IMG/VR virus record: IMGVR_UViG_3300025897_000012
Coordinates: 15,755 to 79,754 of that record
Strand: one strand, 5' to 3'
Source of the DNA: a virus
DNA length: 64,000 bases
Of the stretch, positions 45,001 to 51,601 are shown one piece after another (positions within the stretch are counted from its first letter, which is position 1; each line of letters opens with the position of its first letter). Both the position numbers and the translations under genes were made by a program. The notes under the pieces are model-generated. The model saw only the letters and a program-made list of their open reading frames with translations, had not been told where the DNA came from and did not search any database.

Positions 45001-45593
45001 CTAAATAATTTAATAGTAGGATTTTGTGTAAGTCCGTCAGGAGAAAATACATATCCAAAATTATCTAAATTATCAGCAATACTTACTGTGTATGTACTAA
45101 CTACTTCTGTAGTTTGTCCTCTGACATCAATTGTTTGCGGACCACTTGGAAGCCAATAATATTCTCTAAAATTAATAAACTTATCCCAATTGATATGGGG
45201 ATTCCAACTATAGTATTCTTGCTTATTAGCTATATTATGATCTTTAACTTTATCATTAAAACTAATAAGTTGATTCATATAATCATTATAGTCTTTATAA
45301 AATTTTACAGAATCTAAATTATCTTTAATAACAGCTGCAGGTTCAAACTGATAATTTTTTCTACTATCAGAAAAATCTCCTATATAATTGTCATCTTTGT
45401 CAAATGACGCTGAAGCCTCACGTCCATAATATCCGTTTAGCTTTTCAAGAACTCCTGGTTGAACTAACTGATCTAAAGTACTAGATAAAAATTTACTATT
45501 AGGTACTGTTCTAAAATATTTTGGAAGATGCTGTTCTGTTTTTCTTTTGCTTGGATTAGCTTTTCCGTCGTTTTGGTTGTTATCGTATGACAT
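30042..45593 (-). CDS. Giant multidomain baseplate wedge protein (gp7-like position), 5183 aa
   Basis: Follows gp6. HLPKYFRT N-terminus, KPFKSKLR motif, FG-GAP-like repeats, YxxGDxV carbohydrate-binding-like motifs, GSGY..P and GDGST..F repeats. Confidence 0.8.
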   Translation of the reverse strand: MSYDNNQNDGKANPSKRKTEQHLPKYFRTVPNSKFLSSTLDQLVQPGVLEKLNGYYGREASASFDKDDNYIGDFSDSRKNYQFEPAAVIKDNLDSVKFYKDYNDYMNQLISFNDKVKDHNIANKQEYYSWNPHINWDKFINFREYYWLPSGPQTIDVRGQTTEVVSTYTVSIADNLDNFGYVFSPDGLTQNPTIKLFRGVTYKFDINTPGLPFTIRTKRSLNEADMLSATNNLIDNQGTEEGVITFTPTDTTPNILYYVADNDIEAAGLIKVANIEESSAIDIDAEVLGKKTYTTGAGFDLSNGMKIKFIGEVTPAKYAEGEYYVEGVGDKIVLINEDELTVPSAFVADVDVDFDKQGFDRQPFDTAIGYPTVRDYMLINRSANDGNLWSRYNRWFHKSVIEQSATLNDQPVSIDESARAKRPIIEFNKGLKLFNFGTQTKANVNLLDTHTKDVFSTIEGSTGYNIDGVDLIDGMRILFTADPDPLVNGRIFQVKFFKFDGPEIEVNQNIKQISLIEVTDSKPITNEVVLVSQGTAYKGLMYYYNGTEWKQAQTKTSVNQAPLFDLFDENNKSFSDITVYNSSTFKGNKIFSYKEGTIGTADSEVGLVLSYRTITNVGDITFKFDLLTEYFEYLIGSQLYYKNTDIGFLQKYSAIASYTNENAWTKAPTDSKQLVSRQYVFDNSTSTFEVDVYENSASLADLNLTVFLNNQLKLKDVDYTLGTSPNNATTVTFLKPAFTSANGLTIGDTVVLKTNSIALKNDNGFYEFPSNLERNPLNNNLNEFTVGEVNNHVSSIVEDLSDFTGKFPGSSNLRDLGDVTRFGNRFVKHSSPLNLAMYSLLDKDSNLISSMRFARREYSKFKRMFLQVAHDLGWEGPTKDHVDKIMADLNKDKINSMPYYFSDMIPQGSFNKTTHKVDDNTQEYFLLSKTFSLSTASRDAVQVYLNGKQLIHNKDYTFNSEGFCRVTATKAKDDLLDIYEYETTNGSYVPPTPTKLGLYPSYQPELYIDNTTQSEAPQSPSGEYKFYGTAGPNQKGAGKLGWFYPLYATQSEAQAKDIELGGSGVSHIHTFVGLNRTFYMPNTGSNHGTTDSERNINEWIEGTPIIQGHDGSKIVAFKDYRDELLLELELRIFNNIKVAYDTDLFDIHDFQGGEFRKTDFNKSEIDSPMLSDFIQWSKLVDKDYTLNDFHNRTNSWTFNYSSAVSPNGVSLPGFWRAAYREAYDTDRPHTHPWEMLGFSIKPDWWEKQYGPAPYTRDNLVLWTDLQNGVVRQPNKKIKILNKYKRPGLLTHLPVNENGQLLSPNDSGYAQSFDSSKLTDSFVFGDEAPVETAWRRSSEYPFSLITAWTLSQPSKVLATGFDRVNQVRNLTKQIVYKTQNNQIKLKDIIFPNTHLDSTQTFTSGLVNYIAGYMASSVVTSYTEYKENIKAITNQIGFKVGGYTDKNKFKLILDSRTPLNEGNVFVPDENYSIFLNKSSPIKTVSYSGLIIERRASGYKIKGYDDTSTTFKYFPHFERDRDPVITIGGTSEPFLEFEGGRTYTVGAIVEHSGKYYRVTKNHLASDTFDESNFASVPKLPVNGGREITLRREFATFAPLELPYGSILPTIQDVCDFIQGYGKYLESIGFVFDNFRTSASVVDDWETSTKEFAFWTLHNWAEGTLISLSPGANQLKFRTTYSVVDNIFDGFFGYTLLKVDGQKLTSDFIQVDRQDPNEFILRPKSSADGIFSIKLPCVQKEHVVLLDNKTVFNDIIYDPEPGYRQERIKVLGYRTTNWDGSLNIEGFVYDQATISDWESNKDYFIGDIVKHKEFFYTANSKIPGTESFITTQWTRLDSKPKSGLTANFEYKTNQFADFYDLDSDNFDSEQQRLAQHLIGYQKRKYLENIINDDVSQYKFYQGFIQDKGTKNALTKLFDVLGNADKDSLEFYEEWAIKRGQYGASAGYDEVEFKLDESKFRLSPQPIELVQSVTGEETDLVYRIPPFETYLKPKNYTHAPFPKKYIASEDGYAKDSGYVNPDDVKFIVEDFNSILNIDFKNCNRGDLIWVGNDKLTWNIYRHDDTDLRVEKVTGGDTEFTVSLNSTPQDINVGDIFGVYDLISTTLDTADSSFATAQTAKAAVGAFFKVKSISLEKITFESSDKVEDIDECIGRLSKLVSVRTDSLINLNTIAQKLANIKSKFWVDKGQDSKWTVYENTQAFTKLQDLSSGQSISNETFAISMSANKSNTVLAVGSPDENDGKVYIYTRGSSNGNFVLSQVIAAPTDTTFTYKRFYTGATYTVGDLVQFNNNFYTVSETHIAGQDFDLAKHTILTTPPNLQKFGASVSLTEDGKYLIVGSPNASNVKTRYKANYDPSIAYVQDDIVTYNNKLWKSTTSIVPQSASIQFTSFGSVVQQIESIGNTTQASEQVDVILTGKYPFTEINVDHVLLKVPKLQYAGLDINDEIKLKWNTKTIANQEQTTYTSKEPFPGGGMSELSSTFFSGTHQVQMKIDLILNINAFTNQPAIGDTVQTQTGSGTVAYSYEVDGSLGLYINSVTGSFDSTDSLFLSNGDFVGEYTTSAPSEALDVSSYYGGYFMITVPGGYNIFTTTSDQGKGLVYQEAITDSSAPSNYYYNSRDYETTTISSQDTLASYLETLTYQGLPGAGGTTTAFLSPYFVLRAPKALTDTLSNGSNFNMFIPSLARYASGTSNDPAVIGLSYAQTNKQLTVHDLWDGYIKFGFTKFNLFGEPFEPRVGDTVRDITTGATAEVTFYQRDALNATIFVKDVVGNFSNGSLFNNNAEIEFLGTPTDPSPIYQVDRVMGEVQAKSLGLASEGIGKLIVVDSGADILLPTTSVMTDTEYWFYEANVVSGVPVVANLPSAGNNDWINVYSIPAVDGATASDYENQGMYSVFGTGTTNRFGLLNSYIVPEAIEDFYLGSEIKSAKKNDLYRLFIHAGESYSRRGDFKRLDKRLDDSTFLPGRTYFIKHGTDADSNVWDWELAKDKNFQGTYSSLVSYQTNDIIYLDRGIYKANTNLSPGIFNGANWTQQTQPIDYLGYVPNNTEILPIFDSADPSTVQDQEGIYNFSKVDVSDDGEVLIGVAKYLTETDNQVVVYRNKNGNYQRVQSILETSFSTATDADDIWSINKTLWGEAIAINNDGTMIAISEPFAETQRSEADPSRIQLDQGRVFVMKKNTTTGLFELSQTLFSRGNEKVELFGTKLSFDNNVLAITAKNGDSDSKTTFDSLNGIPQTTWDNNFTTFAKKFIDTGVVYLYENIDGNLVYGQTIAYNELADSTQAVANTNPNNSIRDFGLNLYTNNSHVYVGLPKHTVFEGENGAVIDFRKDTNKNIWSTYSLPKDTVDVAKIKKVLLYNTKENKLISYIDYLDPIQGKIPGIAEQELSYKLHYDPAVYTVGTSDVNTNKSEVWGQEQVGELWWDLSTAKFLNAYQNNTIFSVNNWNTQFTGNSIDVYEWIETTLLPSEWNATAATTEGVTEGISGTTKYDDTIYSTKRVYDDIAQTFSNKYFYWVKGKITAPNIESRKLSSFNVARYIDDPAGMGYRFINFISPTSFVLHNCESLLKDKEVALSIQYWTIENQDINIHNQYQLYTAGLDTSKPNADIERKWFDSLIGYDDAGRIVPDPNLSAKEKYGILNDPRQSWFVNRTEALKQVIDRVNGVLKENLIVDDKIITPLLSKQEIPPASNNTYDLVVDTFEDLEFVGTAKVKQAVLTPVIIDGKIVRVTITDPGRGYKVIPKVIINGRYETAADITLTINSVGTVTSATVNSQGSGYSSTLTTLSVRPFAVLVKSDSTLSGKWSVYERNINNTLWVRKLSQVFDVSLFWNYIDWYDTGYNEFTDINYLIDSSYQLESLDDSTGDIVKIANVGSGGWLLLEKIDNADSIDYTINYKTVGRQNGTIKFLPSLFNTSVGSGFDSASYDIKVYDVQPVKETRIILEALRDNLFVDELAVEYNNLFLSSLKYVFTEQSLVDWAFKTSFIKARHNVGDLSKKITFQNDNLPSYEEYLKEVKPFKSKLREYISDYNQLNVSANLVTDFDLPPRWDNETKSITPLSVKVIDNAIVGTDADLTTYPNKNWVDNLSYKINRVEIADAGSGYTQPPEINFVGQDLSTSETGTGATAIARLGQGGKIASIEVTNKGTGYLNPPVVEINGSIREGGKPAKLVAILGDGLVRGMHTTVKFDRVIGKFVVTKLSESQTFVGSGSSYVFDLIFPMDLKTNTVEITIAGELSLQSEYTYENIKDTTKGYDRYFGRVTFTKPPASNSSIVIKYKKPIEYLTAADRVNLSYNPIAGQFGNDLSQVMDGIDYGGVEVKSFEFGGNTGWDSAPWYTDTWDTYDTTYEDEVFKLDGSTISITLSKPLENGVVYNLYRNGIRLDDPNWAPEPGYDSALVKNPNAIMQSITGDGTTTVIELQELEVPTQVDDTIIVRKETSDGSFINDPESYDTSIVGGTLAYNSATGLKSEDITVDGDGFVTPTTSKGPEEIVPGQVLDSVDISVFERPVGGSSIVVNRNYNGDGSTKSFDLGKTPFTGSSLFVKVGSDILEPTTDDSTLGYTVNYVNKTVDFEVAPAEGSKINLTLVEVAGLQILDIDSFVSDGSSNSFETNVRWTDNVQGIATCDGKKLESVFVKSTGSHPNNVELVLASPLKAGDVVRFALFIGDGSELDSFSQVVVDEFIATTPQGNDTLVLSQAPFSYGPAGIHTLVQIGDDILHSGFNQQFTVSSARDYKLDLWQIPIALVQSSQIQVYLNGRMLEYATDWTFTSAEAFDSDTPLDQQKGNTVKLSDNIGVAGDTLLVYIITESQYRFGYFEQQGDSSNVFVPTPTICSFEVDRPIGTRMKVYQFSNSTAQKFERESYQVQENTPITKGTPEYYFLNNLRAGLFKLRSPAVDSKYVWVILNNKLLLADVDYSVTTDKNFIKLVSPLNQGDRIEVLHFGNPTVITKFGFRQFKDMLNRTHYKRIDGDKNYILGKDLTPYDKTIELVDASGITDPTAGSEYPGIIFVNGERIEYRIKEGNLLKQLQRGTLGTGVNDLHTSGTEVYDQSINASIPYKDETISTVFTADGTSSTFDLDFTPGTGGVNEFDVFVAGKRLRKNSISSYKFETTINGVKTSSIAQDSPEGDEILPAEFSILGSTLSLLTTPGENQKVIIIRKQGKQWTDPGIALSQADTDIGRFLRATSVDLPR

Positions 45594-48500
45594 TAGTAAC
45601 CTCCGCTACTACTGGAACCTGAGCTACTTGAACTTGAACTCGAACTTGAACTTGAACTTGAACTACTACTGCTTGAAGATGTTGACGTTGTGTTTGTCGC
45701 AGTGGTGTTTGTTGAAGTTGTTGAACTTTGTATACCAGCAGATATTCGTGTACTTGCTGTTACAACACCGCCCTCTTGAGTTCGTAATCGTGTTGCTGTA
45801 ACTGCATCTATAACATTAACGTTATCTACAGTTGCACCACTTATAAAAATTTCATCGCTTTCTGATTTTATTTCGTATAAGCTACCAAATACTTGCGACG
45901 TTTGATTTGGAACAATAATAAATGTAACTAAATCAGGTGTCATTTGCGACATAACATAATTTGCCATTTCGGAGAAGAAAAATTTATCTCCAAAATCCCA
46001 GTTTTCAAGTGCAAAATATTCGTTTATTGCTGAAACAATTCTAGATTTAATATCATTGTCGTTTAACACAATATCAGGATTTTTTACTACTTTAAATGTT
46101 GCTTGCAAATCTGCGTCTGCCCTTTCTCCAAATAACACTTTGTACTTAACTGGATGGTAAATTATTTCATCTGATAATGATTTAATTTTAGATAGTTGCG
46201 AATTATACGATAATGATAGTGCATCAGAACTTGGTGGTAAAGGTAAAGTTCCTGCACCATTTAAAAATAACCTAAAATCTGTATCATAGCTTTTAGTTAA
46301 GATGTATGTATCAATTAAATTACTTGCACTTGGGTCAATTCTAGAACTATCATCTGCTCCGTGAATATAATGGAATGTTAGATCATCTCTACCAACCCTT
46401 GCTCTATAATCTGTTGTTTGTTCTAGTACACCTATTGTACTATTATATGTTTTAAAAATATTGTTATTAGTAAAGTAAAATAATTGTCCATTAGTATATG
46501 TACTTAATGCTTGTAATGATGCTTCTAAACTTAAAATTATTATTCCTAATGTTGTTGCAGATACATAATTAAAGTCTTCTACGCCGTCAGTTGTAGTGAC
46601 CTTTTTTTGAAATATATACTTTGTTAAAGGGTTTGTAGTTTCATCAACAATAGTATCAAAGATATCAGGATCGTCTACAACTCCGTCATCATCACTATCA
46701 AAGAATGTAATTTCAATTTTTTTACTATCAACATAACCTTCTGCATCTCTATATTCTTCAGTTAATTCCCAATCATAGTTAACTGTAAATGGTAATGCAC
46801 TATCAGGTTTAGTATTAATGTTTAATACACTAATTTTATCTTTAACAATTTTACCAGTTAAATTATTATAAATTTTATCTGTTTTATCAAAGTAAAATCT
46901 CATTTCTTGATCGCTTTCAAAAATGTATCTCATTCCTCTATGTTTAATAGTATATGTTTCACCGTTAGTTTCAAATAATAGCATCCAACTAGCGTCTAAT
47001 TGTTGGTTTGATATGTCGCCAGTTTTACCTGTGCTAAAATTAGCACTAACATTTAAGTTATTTTCTGTAACAATTCTCCAAGATCGTGTATCAGTACTAT
47101 AACGTAATCCAAATGTTTTGTAAGCAAATACTTGATCAATTAATTGTGTTGATACGTCTGCTTCTAAAGAGCCTGCTAATCCTGGAACAATTTCAGATAA
47201 TCTAGCACCTGTTGGAATAATATCATTTAACGAAACTGGGCCTGCTCCTGTTGTAGCAGTTATAGTACCATCACCGGATACAGCAGCTATCTTAACCCAT
47301 TTATAATCAACTACACCTTTTTTACCTTGATAACCTGTATTACTTACTAAATCAGTATTTAAAAAACTCTGTCCTACTGGTGGTAAAAACTTAACTAACG
47401 ATCCTGGAACCATTAATTTTAATAAAGATGAAGTAAATGAACCTAGTTGAGATCTTACATCAGCAGAGTTTTTAAAATATCCTGTACTTAAATTTGTAGT
47501 TTTAGTTAATTGTGTCCATGTTATTCCTAAATCAACAGTAGAAATTTTAGGAAAATTATTGTAGTAATAATTTCTAACTTTTTTATCTCTTAGTATAGGT
47601 TGTATTGTGTTAACTATTGCTCCTTCAACGTCTGTCTTTGTAATAAAAGTAAACGTAGTTTTTGGTTCTAAATTTTCCTTAAATATAATACCGTCTGTAC
47701 CATATAGATTTGTTTTACTATACTTTCCTGTTGCATCAATTAAATCAAAATATCTAGATATTCCGCTTGAGGTTCTATTAATTGATTTAACTTTAATAAT
47801 TTCTTGACTTACTGCTAACGGTGAAATTTGATAATCTTCGCCGGTTACCATTCTATTTTGTGTGTAATATGTTGCTGGAGCATTTTGTTTAATACTTGCA
47901 TTTGACTCACTTTGTGTTGAGTTATCAACTGTGTACTTTAACTCGTATGTCATTGTTAGTGTTTCAACTTTATCAGTCTTTGACAAATACGGTATAGCAA
48001 CAGTTATACCTCTCATATCATCAGGAGTAATGATTACTCTTTCATTTTTACTTACTCTATAAAATATACGGAAGCTGCCTTTGGGTAAATTTCCAAACAC
48101 CCCATCGGAAAACATTAAACTAATTCTATCGTCAACCCTAGTTAGAACTGAATAGATATTATTAATACTTTTATTTAAATTATTATAAACAACGTTGTTT
48201 CCTTCTACAGAATCAACCCTTGTCCACAATTCTTGTTCTGCTCCAAAAGAATCCAATTTATAAAGCCAAACATCAGTATTATTAACATTAACAGCATCAA
48301 TTGAAACAACTTGGTTTGTACTTGGAGTTGTTATATTAAAGACACCTTCGTCAATTGATCCTTCTCTAAAATGACTAAAAAATCCTGTATTTGAACTTGC
48401 TGAGCCTCGGCCGTCATCTCTATATAAAAATGCAAAATTGTTTCCTGGAAACGGTGCTTCTTCTTGAATAACCTTATCAACTACATCTGTTGATACAACC

Positions 48501-49138
48501 TCAAATCTAACAGAACGTCCGTCTATATTTTTTGAAAAACTGTATACTGGAACTTCTGCATTTGTACTTAACATACGATACTGTTCAGTTGGAATACCGT
48601 CAGCAGTATCTTTTTTAATTGGTCTACCAAATTTAGCATTTACAGGAAGAGTTGAATTCATTACTTTTACAAATTGCTCATACCAGTCTGGATTAGTAGG
48701 ATCGTTCCAAACAATAGTTTGGTTTGCTAAATTAACATTATTTGAATCTAATATTTCTTCTGTAGTAGTTACACTTTCAACTTTAAGTAACCCGTTAGCA
48801 GCTTGATTACGCTTTGGGTTATAAGATAGCAAACGAGCTAATCTTAGTACACTTTCTCTACGTTCAGCTAATTCTAAATAGTTTTCTCTTGCGTTTAAAT
48901 CAATACGGAATGATATATTTTGACCCATATATGCAATTAGGTCAATTAGTGCTAGATATTCGCTAGATTCAATATAATCATTAAAATCTTCTGGATAGTT
49001 TTCTCGAAGATAATTAATCATCGTACGGCGAAGATTGTCAAAGTCATAGCTTTGAAAATCTGCATTACGGAAAGATTGATAGACTCGTCTCCAATCTTCT
49101 GCAAGTAATAATCTATTCTGTCTATCTGTTGCCGGCAT
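45593..49138 (-). CDS. Baseplate wedge subunit gp6-like
   Basis: [73 protein letters not shown]. Confidence 0.9.
   Translation of the reverse strand: [1181 protein letters not shown]
45600..45730 (-). repeat. Poly-Ser/Thr coding microsatellite (TCAAGT-type hexamers) at the gp6 C-terminus
   Basis: Tandem CTTGAA units on the + strand at about 45627-45662, encoding a run of about 19 consecutive Ser within an S/T-rich tail. Confidence 0.9.
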
Positions 49139-49159
49139 ATGTAATATTCCTTATTGTAC

Positions 49160-49166
49160 TATTTAT
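49160..49166 (-). promoter_or_regulatory. Late promoter ATAAATA
   Basis: Upstream of the gp6-like start at 49138. Confidence 0.65.
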
Positions 49167-49191
49167 TGTATATAGTAAAGTACGTATATAA

Positions 49192-49641
49192 TTAGGACTT
49201 TAAAAAGCCCGCATCTTCGTCAAATCTCATCCTTAATGTTTCTGAGATATTAAACGGAAGATATGTAATAGTACATTCAATTTGTATTCCTTGTTCGTAT
49301 TGATCAACTACTATCTTATCTACATTTGTTCTTGGATCACTGTTGACTATCTTTGTAACATTGTTTATAATTGCTTCTTTTAACGTTTCAGTTAGCGGTT
49401 CAAACAAAGCGTCCCATATAATAGTTCCAAATTCAGGATTACTTAATTTTTCTCCTTGTCTAATATGAAAGTGATTAATTAGATCTTGTTTGATAAGAGA
49501 AATATCATATAAACTTACACTATTGTTTTCAGGATTTACTGTACTCATACCTCGATAGGTAGTTTTAGTACTAACAGAATCGTTGCTTCTGTTACCCGGA
49601 ACTGTTATTTCTGCATATATTTTTTTCTCTACTGAGCTCAT
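49192..49641 (-). CDS. Baseplate wedge subunit gp25-like
   Basis: DISLIKQDLINHF.IRQGEK..NPEFGT.IWD.LFEP. Confidence 0.9.
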   Translation of the reverse strand: MSSVEKKIYAEITVPGNRSNDSVSTKTTYRGMSTVNPENNSVSLYDISLIKQDLINHFHIRQGEKLSNPEFGTIIWDALFEPLTETLKEAIINNVTKIVNSDPRTNVDKIVVDQYEQGIQIECTITYLPFNISETLRMRFDEDAGFLKS

Positions 49642-49645
49642 ACTG

Positions 49646-49652
49646 TATTTAC
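49646..49652 (-). promoter_or_regulatory. Late promoter GTAAATA (leaderless)
   Basis: GGTAAATACAGTATG, 4 nt before the ATG. Confidence 0.55.
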
Positions 49653-49659
49653 CTTAATT

Positions 49660-49953
49660 TTAATCACCAACAAACACATCAGGAGATCCTTGGGCTGTTG
49701 CTGGGCCGCAATGAGCTCCGCCTGCTGATGGACATAAACTGTCTGGATTTGCTCCATCTGGTGTGTGATTTACTACAAGTAAGTTATTAATAAAAACTTG
49801 TTTTGATCCGGCTATTAACGCTCCTGCTCCGTGACTATTTGGATCGTTGTTAACTGATACTAATAAATTATTAGCATACACTTTACCTTGTCCTGCAACT
49901 ACTGTTGTTGCCCCACATGATCTTGCATCACTATGTCTGTGTATAGCTGGCAT
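49660..49953 (-). CDS. PAAR-like spike tip protein (gp5.4-like)
   Basis: MPAIHRHSDARSCG…H…GS..VF.N…HCG…GSPDVFVGD; start at ATG 49953, just after the gp5 stop. Confidence 0.88.
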   Translation of the reverse strand: MPAIHRHSDARSCGATTVVAGQGKVYANNLLVSVNNDPNSHGAGALIAGSKQVFINNLLVVNHTPDGANPDSLCPSAGGAHCGPATAQGSPDVFVGD

Positions 49954-49957
49954 TATC

Positions 49958-51601
49958 CTACTCCGGGTTTCCGGTGGCGGAGCTGGTATTGGCTTCTGGA
50001 TCAGGAACTGCTCTGCTAGTGCTAGTACTGGCTGTTGTTGGTGCAACTGCACATTTTTTCTTCATAGTATCATCATCGGCGTTTTTCTTTTCTACTGCTT
50101 TAGCTGTTGCTGCCGCTGTTAACGATGTTGTGCCTGACGCTGTTGTACCTTTAGGATTTAATACATTTAAAGATTTTGGATTGCCGCCGGTAGCTGTGTC
50201 AGTACTACTATTACTAGCTAAACTATCTGTTCTTGCAGGAGTATGTTCTGTTGGATCATAATTTTCATGGCCTGCCCAAGGTTCTACTTGCGGTGATCTA
50301 AATGGTAAATTTGCTGTTTCAGCAGTTGAAGCTACTTTAGCTGGTGGTCCATTCATATCAATTTTATCTGCGGTTTCAAGATGATATTTACTTTTAAGAT
50401 GAAGACCTTTATCAACTGTAATTTTTCCATCATACCCTGCATTAATCTCCCAATCAAATTCACAAGTTTGTCTAATATTATTACCTGTTTTTAGATCAAA
50501 ATCTAGTCCGGCATTTAGTCTAATATCTTTTCCGGCTGTAAAGTTAATATCTCGTTCAGCTAAAAAGTTTATATCTCTATCAGCAGTTACATTATAGTCG
50601 TTTTCAGTATGTACACTTACACTATCTTTTGCATAGATATCAATTTTACCGTTTGAGGTTAATTCTATCCAAGTTGTACCTCTTGCATTTCCAATATAAA
50701 TTAAATCTTCAGAATTATGCATTAAGATTTGGTGCCCGGTTCTTGTTTTTAAACGTATTAATTCGTTTTGAGGAATACTAGGATCGCCTCCCGTTTCCAT
50801 ACTTTCTACATTTGCATATTCTGATTTTGTTGTTCCTGCTGCACCTTTGCGTAAAAAACTAGCATCGCCATCATCCATAACAAACGAAGAACCGCCTAGT
50901 CTAGATGCTGGTACTTGTGTTTGAGAACCAATGTTACCGTATTTAAATTTTGGAGCACCTTTACGCCTATCATAAGGTCCTGGAGTATTCATTCCAAATA
51001 CCATACTAGGTAATTCTCTCCTAGCACTAGATGAACTTATTCCTCTTGTATTATCTTCAAGTAATCCTGCAGATTTTAGCTGTGCTTCAAGATCAGTATT
51101 TACAGGTTTTACAAATTTTGTAGGATCCTGTCCTTTATGTTTTTTTAATTTTTTATTGTATTCGCCTACAGGAAGATTTTTAGTTTTATCTTTATCATTA
51201 AAAGTTGTAGCTGCATTTCCTGGAATTTGAAAGTTCATATACTCATCAGGAACACATCCTATCCAAAATCCCATGTTGATCTTGCCTTCAACAAATATTA
51301 CTAATACTAAGTTTCCTATATCAGGCGGCACCGCCCACATACCATAACTTTGTTGCGAATACTTGTATCCTTCGTTGTCGCTATTTGCTTCGTAAGGTGT
51401 TACTCCGTAGAAACCTGGCAGGTATTTTACCTGTGCAGTTTGTCCAGTAGTTGCTGTATTATTTCCTTCTTCAGAAGTTTTAAGAATTTCAACTTCTAGT
51501 CCGCCCATATAACTAGTATCAAGGTGACTTACTATTCTAGCTAAAAACGGTCCTGGATCACCTTTTAAATTTATACTACTGGTTCTAGATTCTACTGCCA
51601 T
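49958..51601 (-). CDS. Baseplate hub/central spike gp5/VgrG-like (no lysozyme domain)
   Basis: OB-fold YGMWAVPPDIG.LVLV.F, RLKTRTGHQI, and beta-helix repeats ADRDINF/AERDINF/AGKDI. Confidence 0.85.
   Translation of the reverse strand: MAVESRTSSINLKGDPGPFLARIVSHLDTSYMGGLEVEILKTSEEGNNTATTGQTAQVKYLPGFYGVTPYEANSDNEGYKYSQQSYGMWAVPPDIGNLVLVIFVEGKINMGFWIGCVPDEYMNFQIPGNAATTFNDKDKTKNLPVGEYNKKLKKHKGQDPTKFVKPVNTDLEAQLKSAGLLEDNTRGISSSSARRELPSMVFGMNTPGPYDRRKGAPKFKYGNIGSQTQVPASRLGGSSFVMDDGDASFLRKGAAGTTKSEYANVESMETGGDPSIPQNELIRLKTRTGHQILMHNSEDLIYIGNARGTTWIELTSNGKIDIYAKDSVSVHTENDYNVTADRDINFLAERDINFTAGKDIRLNAGLDFDLKTGNNIRQTCEFDWEINAGYDGKITVDKGLHLKSKYHLETADKIDMNGPPAKVASTAETANLPFRSPQVEPWAGHENYDPTEHTPARTDSLASNSSTDTATGGNPKSLNVLNPKGTTASGTTSLTAAATAKAVEKKNADDDTMKKKCAVAPTTASTSTSRAVPDPEANTSSATGNPE

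Noticed and set aside
49954-50052. N-terminal extension of the PAAR ORF given in the track
   Set aside because: It overlaps the gp5 3' end; the PAAR domain starts at ATG 49953 right after the gp5 stop
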